Positions 55,977-64,000 of a DNA stretch of 64,000 nucleotides are shown piece after piece. The position numbers and the translations under genes were made by a program. Numbering within the stretch: the first letter of the stretch is position 1; the number at the start of each line of letters is the position of its first letter. Origin of the DNA: an uncultured Solirubrobacterales bacterium (GTDB lineage Bacteria > Actinomycetota > Thermoleophilia > Solirubrobacterales > 70-9); assembly GCA_963793775.1 (NCBI GenBank), contig CAWCBM010000004.1:106399-170398 (forward strand). The letters are read 5' to 3'. Below the pieces are notes generated by a model that was not told the origin of the DNA, ran no database searches, and was given only the letters and a program-made list of their open reading frames with translations.

Positions 55977-56566
55977 GTGGATCGATCACGGCCTCCCGGC
56001 CGCCGTTCGACGTGGTGGGGGAGAGCGGGCCGACGAGCGCCTCGCCGATCGCGCCGACCAGGGCCGAGGCGCTGACCTCGACCTCCTGCTCGGGCAGCTC
56101 GCCGGCGGCGACCCCGTCGGCGATCACGCCGGCCAAGACGTCGCGGTAGGCGCGCCGGAAGATGAGCCGCTCGGCCTCCACCGCGGGGTCGACCGGCTCG
56201 GCCAGCAGGGCGTAGGCCATCCGCCGGCCCCGCAGGGCCCGGCGGGCGAAGCCCTCCACCCCGGCGGCGATCCGCTCCTGGGCGCTGCCGGAGACCGACT
56301 CGGCCGCGGCCGCCATCGCGTCGACCTCGTGCTGTGAGGCCGCGCGGAAGACCTCGGCGAAGAGATCCGCCTTGGAGGGAAAGTGGCGGTAGACGGTGCC
56401 GGTCGCCACGCCGGCCCGCTCCGCGACCGCGGCCACCTGGGCCTCGGCGTAGCCGCCGCGTGCGATCAGCTCGTCGAGCCGCGTCGACGATCCGTCGCCG
56501 CACGGCGGCCTTGCGGGCCTCGGTCCGCTCGAGTCGCTCGATAAGCCACGACAAGAAGTGAACCAC
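55918..56566 (-). pseudogene. TetR family regulator, N-terminal ~30 aa in a different frame from the rest (1-nt frame break near 56480)
   Basis: ORF 55502..56566 begins MVHFLSWLIERLERTEARKAAVRRRIVDAA and then becomes junk. The continuation (L)DELIARGGYAEAQVAAVAERAGVATGTVYRHFPSKADLFAEVF... is partly my translation just upstream of the ORF start and partly ORF 55918..56436. The 3' end overlaps the annotated aidB-like start by about 59 nt. Confidence 0.7.
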
Positions 56567-56661
56567 GATTCACCTCTTGCGTCAAGCGCGGCGGCCGAGC
56601 TGGACCGCGCACGCTATCGCGATTGACGGACTCGGCTCCTCGCTAGGGTCTCGCCTCCACG

Positions 56662-57876
56662 ATGGCCAAGATCGAAGTCAAGAACCCGATCGTCGAGCTC
56701 GACGGCGACGAGATGACGCGGATCATCTGGGCGTTCATCAAGGAGCAGCTGATCCTGCCCTACGTCGACGTCGACCTGAAGTACTACGACCTCTCGATCG
56801 AAAGCCGCGACGCCACCGACGACCAGATAACCGTCGACGCCGCGAACGCGATCAAGCAGTTCGGGGTCGGGGTCAAGTGCGCGACCATCACCCCGGACGA
56901 GGCCCGGGTCGAGGAGTTCGGCCTGAAGCGCATGTACCGCTCGCCGAACGGGACCATCCGCAACATCCTCGGTGGGGTGATCTTCCGCGAGCCGATCGTG
57001 ATCTCGAACATCCCGCGGCTCGTCCCCGGCTGGAAGAAGCCGATCGTCATCGGCCGTCACGCGTTCGGCGACCAGTACCGGGCCGAGGACACGCTGATCC
57101 CCGGCGAGGGCATGCTCACGCTCAGCTGGACGCCGAAGGACGGCGGCGACCCGATCGAGATCAACGTCTTCGACTTCCCCTCGAGCGGGGTCGCGCTGGG
57201 CATGTACAACCTCGACGACTCCATCCGCGACTTCGCCCGGGCCTCGTTCCGGTACGGGCTCGAGCGCGGCTTCCCCGTCTACATGTCGACGAAGAACACG
57301 ATCCTCAAGACCTACGACGGCCGCTTCAAGGACCTGTTCGCCGAGGTCTACGAGGGAGAGTTCGCCGAGCAGTTCGACTCGGCCGGGCTCAGCTACGAGC
57401 ACCGGCTGATCGACGACATGGTCGCCGCCGCCCTGAAGTGGGAGGGCGGCTACGTCTGGGCCTGCAAGAACTACGACGGCGACGTTCAGTCCGACACCGT
57501 CGCCCAGGGATTCGGCTCGCTCGGGCTGATGACGAGCGTCCTGATGACGCCAGACGGAAACACGGTCGAGGCGGAAGCGGCGCACGGGACGGTCACGCGT
57601 CACTACCGCCTGCACCAGGAGGGAAAGCCGACCTCGACGAACCCCATCGCCTCGATCTTCGCCTGGACCCGAGGCCTCGCCGCCCGCGGGCGCATGGACT
57701 CGACGCCGGAGGTCACCGTGTTCGCCGAGACGCTCGAGCGCGTCTGCGTGCAGACGGTCGAGAGCGGCAAGATGACGAAGGACCTGGCGCTGCTGGTCGG
57801 CCCGGACCAGGAGTTTCAGACGACCCAGGAGTTCTTGGCCTCGATCGACGAGAACCTGCAGAAGGAGATGAGCTAA
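56662..57876 (+). CDS. icd: NADP-dependent isocitrate dehydrogenase (eukaryote-like homodimeric type)
   Basis: 404-aa ORF: [23 protein letters not shown]...KCATITPDE...SPNGTIRN...NYDGDVQSD.... Confidence 0.95.
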   Translation: MAKIEVKNPIVELDGDEMTRIIWAFIKEQLILPYVDVDLKYYDLSIESRDATDDQITVDAANAIKQFGVGVKCATITPDEARVEEFGLKRMYRSPNGTIRNILGGVIFREPIVISNIPRLVPGWKKPIVIGRHAFGDQYRAEDTLIPGEGMLTLSWTPKDGGDPIEINVFDFPSSGVALGMYNLDDSIRDFARASFRYGLERGFPVYMSTKNTILKTYDGRFKDLFAEVYEGEFAEQFDSAGLSYEHRLIDDMVAAALKWEGGYVWACKNYDGDVQSDTVAQGFGSLGLMTSVLMTPDGNTVEAEAAHGTVTRHYRLHQEGKPTSTNPIASIFAWTRGLAARGRMDSTPEVTVFAETLERVCVQTVESGKMTKDLALLVGPDQEFQTTQEFLASIDENLQKEMS

Positions 57877-58866
<990 letters not shown>

Positions 58867-58876
58867 TCGCCGACCG

Positions 58877-59542
58877 GTGACGGGCTCCGCCGAGAGCGCG
58901 CCCAAGGGAAAGCTCTACCCGCGCGGGAGCGAGGAGTTCTCGCGCGTGCTCTCCTTCAGCGACGGCCTGTTCGCGATCGCGATGACGCTGCTGGTGGTCG
59001 GGATCGCGGTGCCGACGATCAGCGACGCCGACAGCGTCGGCGACCTCGCCGACGCGCTCAACGACCAGAGCGAGGAGTTCGTCAGTTTCTTCATCAGCTT
59101 CGCGGTGATCGGCCGCTACTGGGTCGCGCACCACCAGATGTTCTCGCTGCTCAAGGCGTTCGATCGCGGCATGGTCGGCCTGAACCTCGTCTACCTGGGC
59201 TTCATCGCCTTCCTGCCGTTCCCGACCGCGCTCCTCGGCGAGTACTTCGACAACCCGCTCGCGGTGACCGTCTACGCGGTCGCCGTGGCGAGCGTCAGTG
59301 GGCTGGAGGTGCTGCTCATGCGACAGGCACGGCGCGCCGGGTTGTTGATCGACGAGATGTCCGACGAGGTCTACCGCTGGGGCGCGGCGATGTCATCGAT
59401 CCCGGTTGCGCTGTTCCTGATCTCGATTCCGGTCGCCTTCATCGACTCGGGCTGGGCGGTGGGAGTGTGGCTCCTCAACGTCCCCGCGGGGATCTACGCG
59501 GACAGGCACGCTCCGGAGGGCCTGCGCGAGTACTTCGGTTAG
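58877..59542 (+). CDS. TMEM175/DUF1211 family potassium-channel-like membrane protein
   Basis: 221-aa ORF with the hallmark RVLSFSDGLFAIAMTLLV in TM1 and six predicted TM helices. Confidence 0.8.
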   Translation: MTGSAESAPKGKLYPRGSEEFSRVLSFSDGLFAIAMTLLVVGIAVPTISDADSVGDLADALNDQSEEFVSFFISFAVIGRYWVAHHQMFSLLKAFDRGMVGLNLVYLGFIAFLPFPTALLGEYFDNPLAVTVYAVAVASVSGLEVLLMRQARRAGLLIDEMSDEVYRWGAAMSSIPVALFLISIPVAFIDSGWAVGVWLLNVPAGIYADRHAPEGLREYFG

Positions 59543-59904
59543 GCCGGGTGGTACGCCCGCCCGTCCTTGCGGACCTTGCCTTCCTTCTCCAGCTCCGCGA
59601 GCACGCGGTAGAGATAGTTCGGCTTGATCCGCATCTGCTTGGCGATCTCGGAGGCCGAGATCCCCGGGTTGTCGGTGACCAGCTTCACCGCCTGGTCGGC
59701 GCGGGTCCCTCCGCGGCGGCGCCGGCGGCGGCGCGGAGCCGGGGCTGCGGTGGACCGCCGGGGACGGCCGGGTCCACGGCGCCCCTCGCGGCCGCCGGTG
59801 AGGCTCGCGAGCGCCCGCTCGAGCTTCGCGCGCTCGGAGTCGAGCTCCTTGATCCGGCCGCGGATCAGCCCGGCGGCCTCGTCAACTGTGTTGGCCGGTG
59901 ACAT
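59539..59904 (-). CDS. Coiled-coil plus winged-helix DNA-binding protein
   Basis: 121-aa ORF. An N-terminal helix (IRGRIKELDSERAKLERALASL) and an Arg/Pro-rich linker precede the wHTH-like VKLVTDNPGISASEIAKQMRIKPNYLYRVLAELEKEGKVRKDG. It is convergent with the TMEM175 gene and their stops overlap. Confidence 0.55.
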   Translation of the reverse strand: MSPANTVDEAAGLIRGRIKELDSERAKLERALASLTGGREGRRGPGRPRRSTAAPAPRRRRRRRGGTRADQAVKLVTDNPGISASEIAKQMRIKPNYLYRVLAELEKEGKVRKDGRAYHPA

Positions 59905-59971
59905 CGTTACCCCCTTGGAAAGTGACTGTCAGGACGGTCACACCGTAACAGTCACAGTGTGAAGTGGGGGC

Positions 59972-60598
59972 TTAACCGCCGCGGCGCGTGCGGGGCAGGG
60001 TGCGGAAGACCACGTCCCATAACGGGGAGGAGACACCGTATCCGTAACGGTGATCCTGGAAGTGGTGGCGCATGTGCTGCTCGCGAAGCCGCTTCCCGAG
60101 GTCGCTCTTGGGCACGAAGTGGTGGAGGTAATAGTGCATGTAGTCGTAGATCAGATAGCCCACGAGAAAGCCGGCGAAGAGTGGATAGGCGGTCGGCGTT
60201 CCGAAGATCAGCCAGAAGACGGCGAAGAACAGCGCCGCCAGCGGGATACTGGCGCCCGGCGGCATCACCAGACGCATCTTGTCGTTCGGATGGTCGTGGT
60301 GGACGCCGTGGATGATGAAGTGAAGGCGATGGCCGATCGGGTGGTCGGGATCCCAGTGAAAGACCTTGCGGTGAAGCCAGTACTCCGACAGCGTCCAGAG
60401 GGCGAGCCCGCCGATCACCAGCGCGATCAACTCCAACGCGCCCTGGCCGTCCCGAGCCCCGAGGACGACCAGGAAGACGATGATCGGCACGTAGATCAGC
60501 GCCGGAACGGCCGGGTGGATCCTCGAGAAGAAGTCGAGGAACCGGTTCCTGAACAGCGGGGGCGAGGCGCTCAGGCGCGCTGTGCGTTCACTGGCCAT
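59972..60598 (-). CDS. Fatty acid hydroxylase / sterol desaturase family membrane protein
   Basis: 208-aa ORF with the histidine boxes HRKVFH, HGVHHDHP and HYYLHH...HMRHHF. Confidence 0.85.
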   Translation of the reverse strand: MASERTARLSASPPLFRNRFLDFFSRIHPAVPALIYVPIIVFLVVLGARDGQGALELIALVIGGLALWTLSEYWLHRKVFHWDPDHPIGHRLHFIIHGVHHDHPNDKMRLVMPPGASIPLAALFFAVFWLIFGTPTAYPLFAGFLVGYLIYDYMHYYLHHFVPKSDLGKRLREQHMRHHFQDHRYGYGVSSPLWDVVFRTLPRTRRGG

Positions 60599-60641
60599 CG
60601 CCCGGCATTTTAGGACCTCGATCGATCTCGGCCCGTCCGGC

Positions 60642-60869
60642 TCAGGCGTCGCGCAGCAGCAGCGCCGGTTGGCGCGGAGGGACGAGGCCGGTGGGGCTGT
60701 CGGGCCGGAAGGTCGAGCACGGCTCGTCGAGGTCGAGCGCGCAGAGCAGGTGGTGGTGGAAAAAGCAGTCCTCGCAGCTGCTCCCGTTCTTGCGGCGACG
60801 CTTGGCGGTGCCGTGCCGGCGCAGCCCCAGCGCCTCGGCGATCCGCGTCGCCTCCTCGACCTCGATCAC
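60642..60869 (-). CDS. 75-aa Cys/His-rich hypothetical protein
   Basis: GTG (60869) inside ORF 60642..61052: VIEVEEATRIAEALGLRRHGTAKRRRKNGSSCEDCFFHHHLLCALDLDEPCSTFRPDSPTGLVPP.... GC3 is very high in this frame and a GAGAGGGG Shine-Dalgarno region lies upstream. I cannot assign a family. Confidence 0.5.
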   Translation of the reverse strand: MIEVEEATRIAEALGLRRHGTAKRRRKNGSSCEDCFFHHHLLCALDLDEPCSTFRPDSPTGLVPPRQPALLLRDA

Positions 60870-61093
60870 TTCTGCCCCTCTCGTGTGTGGTGTCCGCTTG
60901 CTTCGCTCGTTGCCCCGAGCCGCGGCGATCATCTCACCGCATCGAGAGCGCCGTGGGCCGGATTCGCGCAAATCGCCACAACTTCTCCGCCGGCCGGGCA
61001 CCGCGCCTTTGCGGGCTTTGCGGGATTCGCCCCGTCGGCCGCAGCCGGCCATCCCCCGGACGCGGTAAGCGGGCGCGATCTAGAGTCCCAATC

Positions 61094-61885
61094 GTGAGGA
61101 TCACGGTGCTGGGCAAGTCGCCGGCCTGGCAGGACGCCGGCGGCGCCTGTAGCGGGTACCTGATCGAGGAGGGTGCGACGACGCTGCTGCTCGATTGCGG
61201 CAACGGAGTGTTCGGGAAGCTGCGCCGGCACGTCGACTACACCGACGTCGACGCGGTGCTGGTCACCCATGTCCACGCCGACCACTTCATCGACCTGGTC
61301 CCGTACTCCTATGCCCTGCTGCTCACCCCGCGACAGCAGCCGGTGCCGGTGGCCGGGCACCCGGGGACCGACGAGCCGGCGCGGCCGCGGCTGATCATCC
61401 CGCCGGGCGCCAGGCAGACGTTCAGGACCGTGGTCGGCGCCTGGGGCGACGAGATGCTGATCGAGGAGGCGTTCCTGCTCGAGGAGTACGACCAGTCCTC
61501 GACGGTCGAGATCGGCCCGCTGCGGGCGACCTTCGCGGAGGTGCCGCACTTCATTCTCACGCATGCGGTCAACCTGACCTCGCCCAGCGGCGCCCGGTTC
61601 ACGTTCAGCGCCGACTGCAGGCCGTCCGGCGAGCTCGTCGAGGCGGCCCGCGACACGGACCTGCTCCTGGTCGAGGCGACGCTGCCCAGACCGGAGCGAA
61701 CCGGCATCCGCGGCCATCTGACACCCGCGGAGGCCGGCGACCACGCGCGCCGGGCCGGCGCCAAGCGGGTGGTCCTCACGCACATCTCCGACGAGCTCGA
61801 CGCCGAGTGGGCTCGCGACGAGGGATCGAACGCCTACGGAGGGCCGGTCGAGGTCGCTCGCGAGGGTGACGTGCTCGAGCTCTGA
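61094..61885 (+). CDS. MBL-fold metallo-hydrolase
   Basis: GTG (61094) inside ORF 60887..61885: VRITVLGKSPAWQDAGGACSGYLIEEGATTLLLDCGNGV...VLVTHVHADHFIDL...HLTPAEAG...VVLTH. Confidence 0.85.
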   Translation: MRITVLGKSPAWQDAGGACSGYLIEEGATTLLLDCGNGVFGKLRRHVDYTDVDAVLVTHVHADHFIDLVPYSYALLLTPRQQPVPVAGHPGTDEPARPRLIIPPGARQTFRTVVGAWGDEMLIEEAFLLEEYDQSSTVEIGPLRATFAEVPHFILTHAVNLTSPSGARFTFSADCRPSGELVEAARDTDLLLVEATLPRPERTGIRGHLTPAEAGDHARRAGAKRVVLTHISDELDAEWARDEGSNAYGGPVEVAREGDVLEL

Positions 61886-61906
61886 GCGCTCAGTGTCCTA
61901 AATTGA

Positions 61907-62350
61907 ATGCCGATGAGTCGGCAGCGCGACCTGCTGGTCAACTTCGAGCGCATGTGGCGCGAGATGGACGAGTTGCTCGGCGACCCGTTCGCCGAGTCGC
62001 GCGTGCGAGCGGCGCGCTCGGCGCCGGCGTTCGCGCCGCGGGTCGACGTCTACTACTGCGGCGAGCCGCCGAAGGCGATCGTCAAGGTCGAGCTCGCCGG
62101 GGTCGACATCGACACGATCTCGCTCGAGGTCTCCGGGCGCGAGCTGGTGATCACCGGCGAGCGGCCGGTCGCCGAGACCGAGGGCCGCGTCTACCAGCAG
62201 GTCGAGATCGAGGCCGGCCCGTTCCGTCGCGTCGTCGAACTGGGCGCCGACGTGGTCGCCGAAAGCGCCCGCGCCTCTTATGAGGACGGGATCCTCAGGG
62301 TGGAGCTGCCCCTCTCCGGGCAGGTCACCACCCGGGTGCCGATCGATTAA
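61907..62350 (+). CDS. Hsp20/alpha-crystallin family small heat-shock protein
   Basis: 147-aa ORF: FAPRVDVYYCGEPPKAIVKVELAGVDIDTISLEVSGRELVITGER...SYEDGILRVELP. Confidence 0.9.
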   Translation: MPMSRQRDLLVNFERMWREMDELLGDPFAESRVRAARSAPAFAPRVDVYYCGEPPKAIVKVELAGVDIDTISLEVSGRELVITGERPVAETEGRVYQQVEIEAGPFRRVVELGADVVAESARASYEDGILRVELPLSGQVTTRVPID

Positions 62351-62367
62351 CGGGTAGTGGTCGCCTG

Positions 62368-64000
62368 ATGGCGGACCTGCAGGTCGTAGAGACCGGTGAC
62401 GTCGAGGAGGCGGTGCGCGAGCGCATCGGCGAGCCCCTGCCTGCCGTGCTTCCGGTGTTGCCGCTGCGCGAGGTGGTCGCGTACCCGGACACGCTGACGC
62501 CGCTGGCGGTTGGCCGTGAGCGCTCGAAGAACCTGATCGACGAGGTGCTCTCCGGCGAGCGCCTGCTGGTCCTGGTCGCGTCGCGCGACCCCGAGGTCGA
62601 GGACCCGAGCCCCGACCAGCTCTACGCCGTCGGCGTCGCCGGCGTCGTCGCCCGGATGCTGAAGGTGCCCGACGGCACGATCCGGGTGCTGGTCCAGGCG
62701 ACCGAGCGGGTGCGGATCAACGAGTACGTCTCCGAGAATCCCTATCTGGTCGCTCGCATCGAGGGGGTGCCCGACCAGCTCGCGCCGTCGACCGAGCTCG
62801 AGGCGCTGACCCAGAACGTGCAGCGCGCCTTCAGCGAGATCATCGAGCAGATCCCCTACCTGCCGGAGGAGCTCCAGCTCGCGGTCACCAACCTGGACGA
62901 CCCCTCGGCGCTCGCCCACCTGATCGCAGGCGCGCTGCGGATCCCGGTGGCCGAGAAGCAGGAGCTGCTCGAGGAGGTGGACGTCGCCCGGCGGCTACGG
63001 CGCCTGTCGGAGATCCTCGCCCGCGAGCTCGAGGTGATCCAGCTCGGCTCGCGGATCCAGTCCGAGGTCCAGTCGGAGCTCGAGAAGGGCCAGCGCGAGT
63101 TCTACCTGCGCGAGCAGCTGAAGGCGATCCAGCGAGAGCTCGGCGAGGACGACCCCGAGCAGGCCGAGCTCGCCGAGCTTCGGGCGCGGATCGAGGAGGC
63201 CGAGCTGCCCGAGCACGCCCGCCGCGCCGCCGACCGCGAGCTGGCACGCCTCGAACGGCTCCCCTCGGCCGCCGCCGAGTACGGGGTCATCCGCACCTAC
63301 CTGGAGTGGCTGGTCGAGCTGCCCTGGAGCGACCGCACCGAGGACGACCTGGATCTCAAGCACGCTCGCGAGGTGCTCGACGCCGACCACTACGACCTCG
63401 AGCGCGTCAAGGACCGGATCCTCGAGTACCTCGCGGTGCGGTCGCTGAACCCCGAGTCGCACGGCCCGATCCTCTGCTTCGTCGGGCCTCCCGGCGTGGG
63501 CAAGACGAGCCTGGGCAAGTCGATCGCCCGCGCGCTCGGCCGGAGGTTCGAGCGCATTTCGGTGGGCGGCGTTCGCGACGAGGCCGAGATCCGGGGACAT
63601 CGCCGCACCTACATCGGCGCCCTGCCGGGGACGATCATCCGGGCCCTGCGGGACGCCGGCAGCCGCAACCCCGTGTTCATGATCGACGAGATCGACAAGA
63701 TGGGCGCGGACTTCCGCGGTGACCCGTCGAGCGCGATGCTCGAGGTTCTCGACCCGGCCCAGAACGACAGCTTCCGCGACCACTACCTCGACCTGCCGTT
63801 CGACCTCTCCGAGGTGCTGTTCATCGCCACGGCGAACAACCTCGACACGATCCCGGGGCCGCTCCTCGACCGCATGGAGGTGATCCAGCTCGCCGGCTAC
63901 ACGATCGACGAGAAGGTCCACATCGCCAAGCGCTACCTGGTCCCGCGCCAGATCGAGGAGAACGGGTTGAAGGGCGCGGGGATCTCGTTCACCGACGCGG
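62368..64000 (+). CDS. lon: ATP-dependent Lon protease (5' ~545 codons; continues past the right edge)
   Basis: Not in the ORF track because there is no stop in the window. My translation from the ATG at 62368 is [53 protein letters not shown].... Further on come the Walker A motif [24 protein letters not shown], then [22 protein letters not shown] and [10 protein letters not shown]. The frame is consistent throughout. Confidence 0.95.
   Translation, partial: MADLQVVETGDVEEAVRERIGEPLPAVLPVLPLREVVAYPDTLTPLAVGRERSKNLIDEVLSGERLLVLVASRDPEVEDPSPDQLYAVGVAGVVARMLKVPDGTIRVLVQATERVRINEYVSENPYLVARIEGVPDQLAPSTELEALTQNVQRAFSEIIEQIPYLPEELQLAVTNLDDPSALAHLIAGALRIPVAEKQELLEEVDVARRLRRLSEILARELEVIQLGSRIQSEVQSELEKGQREFYLREQLKAIQRELGEDDPEQAELAELRARIEEAELPEHARRAADRELARLERLPSAAAEYGVIRTYLEWLVELPWSDRTEDDLDLKHAREVLDADHYDLERVKDRILEYLAVRSLNPESHGPILCFVGPPGVGKTSLGKSIARALGRRFERISVGGVRDEAEIRGHRRTYIGALPGTIIRALRDAGSRNPVFMIDEIDKMGADFRGDPSSAMLEVLDPAQNDSFRDHYLDLPFDLSEVLFIATANNLDTIPGPLLDRMEVIQLAGYTIDEKVHIAKRYLVPRQIEENGLKGAGISFTDA

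Noticed and set aside
62347-63921. Two minus-strand ORFs (190 and 308 aa) at the right end
   Set aside because: They are antisense to lon. The plus-strand frame is continuous from 62368 to the window edge and carries the Walker A motif and other Lon signatures.

Overview
This 64-kb window comes from a very GC-rich chromosome that looks like Actinomycetota (possibly Thermoleophilia/Rubrobacteria-like; that placement is inference). By eye it is about 70% G+C, with strong GC3 bias, many GTG starts and frequent 4-nt start/stop overlaps. The content is mostly core housekeeping. It holds a long Alu-domain SRP RNA, dnaX-ybaB-recR, ask-asd, a non-classical sdhA-sdhB-(HdrB-like) operon, icd-mdh, hsp20-lon (lon runs off the right edge) and one tRNA-Val(CAC). 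There are many regulator/transporter pairs (TetR-MFS, PadR-MMPL, several other TetR genes), several peptidases (M29, M15-like, M28, M50), two CPA1 antiporters and a TMEM175-type channel. I support about 65 protein genes, 2 RNA genes, one decayed IS481-family element with intact inverted repeats and a CCTAGA target duplication, one decayed TrxB-like gene remnant and a few operator-like palindromes and hairpins. I saw no rRNA, CRISPR array, prophage, integrase or recognisable defence or toxin-antitoxin system. I did not find a convincing new multi-gene system. The points most worth a second look are these. (1) Nine single-base frame breaks, all of the same polarity, sit in otherwise intact conserved genes, including essential dnaX. 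This is most likely a systematic insertion artefact, but the uniformity is striking. (2) A SigB-type stress cluster (19.9-26.3 kb) next to tRNA-Val has an RsbV-like protein and the sigma factor but no RsbW. It also carries CsbD proteins, a 24-codon hydrophobic sORF, two Ser/Arg-rich membrane paralogues and an ORF-free, lower-GC, hairpin-rich 0.5-kb spacer. (3) The SRP RNA is of the Bacillus-type long form. (4) The succinate dehydrogenase looks like a type-E enzyme. (5) A membrane-anchored protein is built from about 11 decapeptide repeats. (6) Two small secreted paralogues are wedged between ffs and dnaX. Many long ORFs in the track are antisense or out-of-frame shadows typical of high-GC DNA, and I rejected them.
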